Shown here piece after piece: positions 21,413 to 23,165 of a DNA stretch of 23,165 nt (position 1 is its first letter; every line of letters begins with the position of its first letter). The translations under genes and the position numbers were made by a program. Origin of the DNA: Octopus sinensis (Eukaryota); contig NW_021836699.1 in NCBI RefSeq assembly GCF_006345805.1, forward strand, positions 1 to 23,165. The letters run 5' to 3'. The notes beneath the pieces were generated by a model. That model saw only the letters and a list, made by a program, of their open reading frames with translations, was not told where the DNA came from and searched no databases.

Positions 21413-22390
21413 TAGAGAAAAACCGTAAAATGTCTTTGTGGAGTTCACACTGAAGATATCTACCACAACATAAGCACTTGTGCGAAAATGTCATTACGGC
21501 ATTATCTACCGATGAGGCATGACGTTGCAGCTAGGACACTCTATAATGAAATACGTCGGAAGGATAATACCGAGGACAAAGAGATAAGAACCTACAATAT
21601 GATAGAAGTTATAGCCACTCATAATAAAAAGGAATACTGGCGGAATGTACCAGTGAATATCTCCATAAAATGCAAGCACAACAGACCTGATATAATCATT
21701 TGAGAAACTATGCACAGTTGTGGGAATTAGCTACCCAACGGATGTTAACGTAAAGCTGAAGATCAGTGAAAAAGAGAACGTCTATTCTGAACTATCGAGA
21801 AATCTGCAGTTACTCTGTCCAGATTAAAAGTTCAGGTTTTTACCTGTAATAATTGGGACCCTGAGATATGTAACACACTGCCTAAATATCAATCTCGAGA
21901 AATTAGACTTCTCAAAACAAGAAAAGAGAAAGCTAATTCGAAGACTACAGATTCAATCCATCACTGGAACTGTAAAAATCTGAAAAACTTTCCAGAAGTT
22001 TATCATTTGAATATACATGAACATGTCTAGATATGTAAGTATATGCATGAGAAAACATACGTAAAACATACAAATCTGCACATACATACATTACATACAT
22101 ACATACATACAACATACATAAATAACATACATGACATACATACATCATACATACATAACATACATACATACATATATATATATATACATACATACATACA
22201 TACATACATACATACATACATACATACATGCATGCATACATACATAACATACATACATACATACATTACATTACATACATACAAACATACACTATTGTTT
22301 ATGTTGAAATTCCAATGAAGGAGTCTTCGATCTAGGTTAGAAACCCGTTCATTCTCTATTGGCAAGAAATCTTGAAATAAACTTAAGAAT
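21413..22390 (+). mobile_element. 5'-truncated RLE-type non-LTR retrotransposon (R4/Dong-like or a related clade) with 3' UTR
   Basis: Coding remnant 21431-22010 followed by a UTR containing (CATA)n and an AATAAA near 22376. Confidence 0.8.
21431..22010 (+). pseudogene. Disrupted CCHC zinc knuckle plus PD-(D/E)xK restriction-like endonuclease domain
   Basis: CLCGVHTEDIYHNISTC...MRHDVAAR...HNRPDIII*, then after a frameshift KLCTVVGISYPTDVNVKLKISEKENVY...PVIIGTLRYV...KFII*. RHD, PD and K..KY-like motifs are typical of RLE LINEs; several stops. Confidence 0.85.
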
Positions 22391-22414
22391 GTCACGCACA
22401 TAGTACATATATTC

Positions 22415-22499
22415 ACACATACATACATACATACATACATACATACATACATACATACATACATACATGCATGCATGCATGCATGCATGCATGCTATCA

Positions 22500-22530
<31 letters not shown>

Positions 22531-22575
22531 CATACATACATACGTACATACATACGTATATGCATGCATACATAT
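22415..22575. repeat. (CATA)n/(CATG)n microsatellite
   Basis: Visible repeat. Confidence 0.9.
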
Positions 22576-22694
22576 AATTTGTGGGAAGGCGAAAGACCAC
22601 AACTCGAGCCGCTTGTCTTGTTGGGTTGGTTTGAACTTATGGATTTTCCGCCCATGTCGTGAGAGTTCAAGTCAGATACAATGTAAATCGAAGA

Positions 22695-22703
22695 AGAGAA
22701 GGT

Positions 22704-22759
<56 letters not shown>

Positions 22760-22935
22760 GAGGAGTGGGATGTGCGATGTAATATGGTTAAGGATAGAAG
22801 GAGGAAGCAGCTCATGGGACAAAACAGAGAGAGAGAGATAGATAGATAGATAGATAGAGAGGAGAGAGAGAGAGAGAGAGAGAGGGAGAGAAAATGAGAC
22901 GAAGAAAGTAACGGTAGAGGGAGGGAGAGAAGGTA
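22695..22935. repeat. (GA)n/(GATA)n purine-rich microsatellites
   Basis: Visible repeats. Confidence 0.9.
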
Positions 22936-23165
22936 TGGAAGAAATCAAAGAGCAAATAAGGATATAACTTCAAAAACAAATTAATTAATTATTAAGTAAT
23001 ATAAGTAATTAAATAGAGAAGTTTCATAAAGTACATTAGTAAAAGCAAGTATATATATATATAAGGGTGTATGTATGTAATATGTACATACTCTTTGATA
23101 CACTTATATCCAATAATATATATATATATATATAGATAGATAGATAATAGATAGATAGATAGATA

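Noticed and set aside
22310-22365. CCAATGA...GAAACCCGTTC hammerhead-like motif in the LINE 3' UTR
   Set aside because: Core deviates from CUGANGA at essential positions and stem II is out of register.
1-23165. CRISPR array or prokaryotic operon
   Set aside because: No regular repeat-spacer array and no gene-dense coding structure; the sequence is typical animal repetitive DNA.

Overview
AT-rich, microsatellite- and transposon-dense eukaryotic non-coding DNA (intron or intergenic), most likely from an octopus/coleoid cephalopod judging by SINE families I recognise from memory. No host exon is supported; almost all ORF-track entries are translated microsatellites. The only clear protein remnant is the 3' end of a restriction-like-endonuclease (RLE) non-LTR retrotransposon at about 21.4-22.0 kb. 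The most interesting part is 12.6-17.2 kb. Two minimal type I hammerhead ribozyme motifs face outward (12805-12877 on -, 16974-17015 on +). Between them lie a perfect 44-bp palindrome and a ~4-kb non-coding Penelope-like/retrozyme-like element. That element has a ~1.2-kb higher-order tandem repeat and an inverted arm whose mismatches are mostly G-U compatible on the ribozyme strand. At the left end a SINE is flanked by a ~580-bp direct duplication whose two copies each took a different later insertion (piggyBac-type MITE; Meta-type SINE), so filled and empty sites sit side by side.
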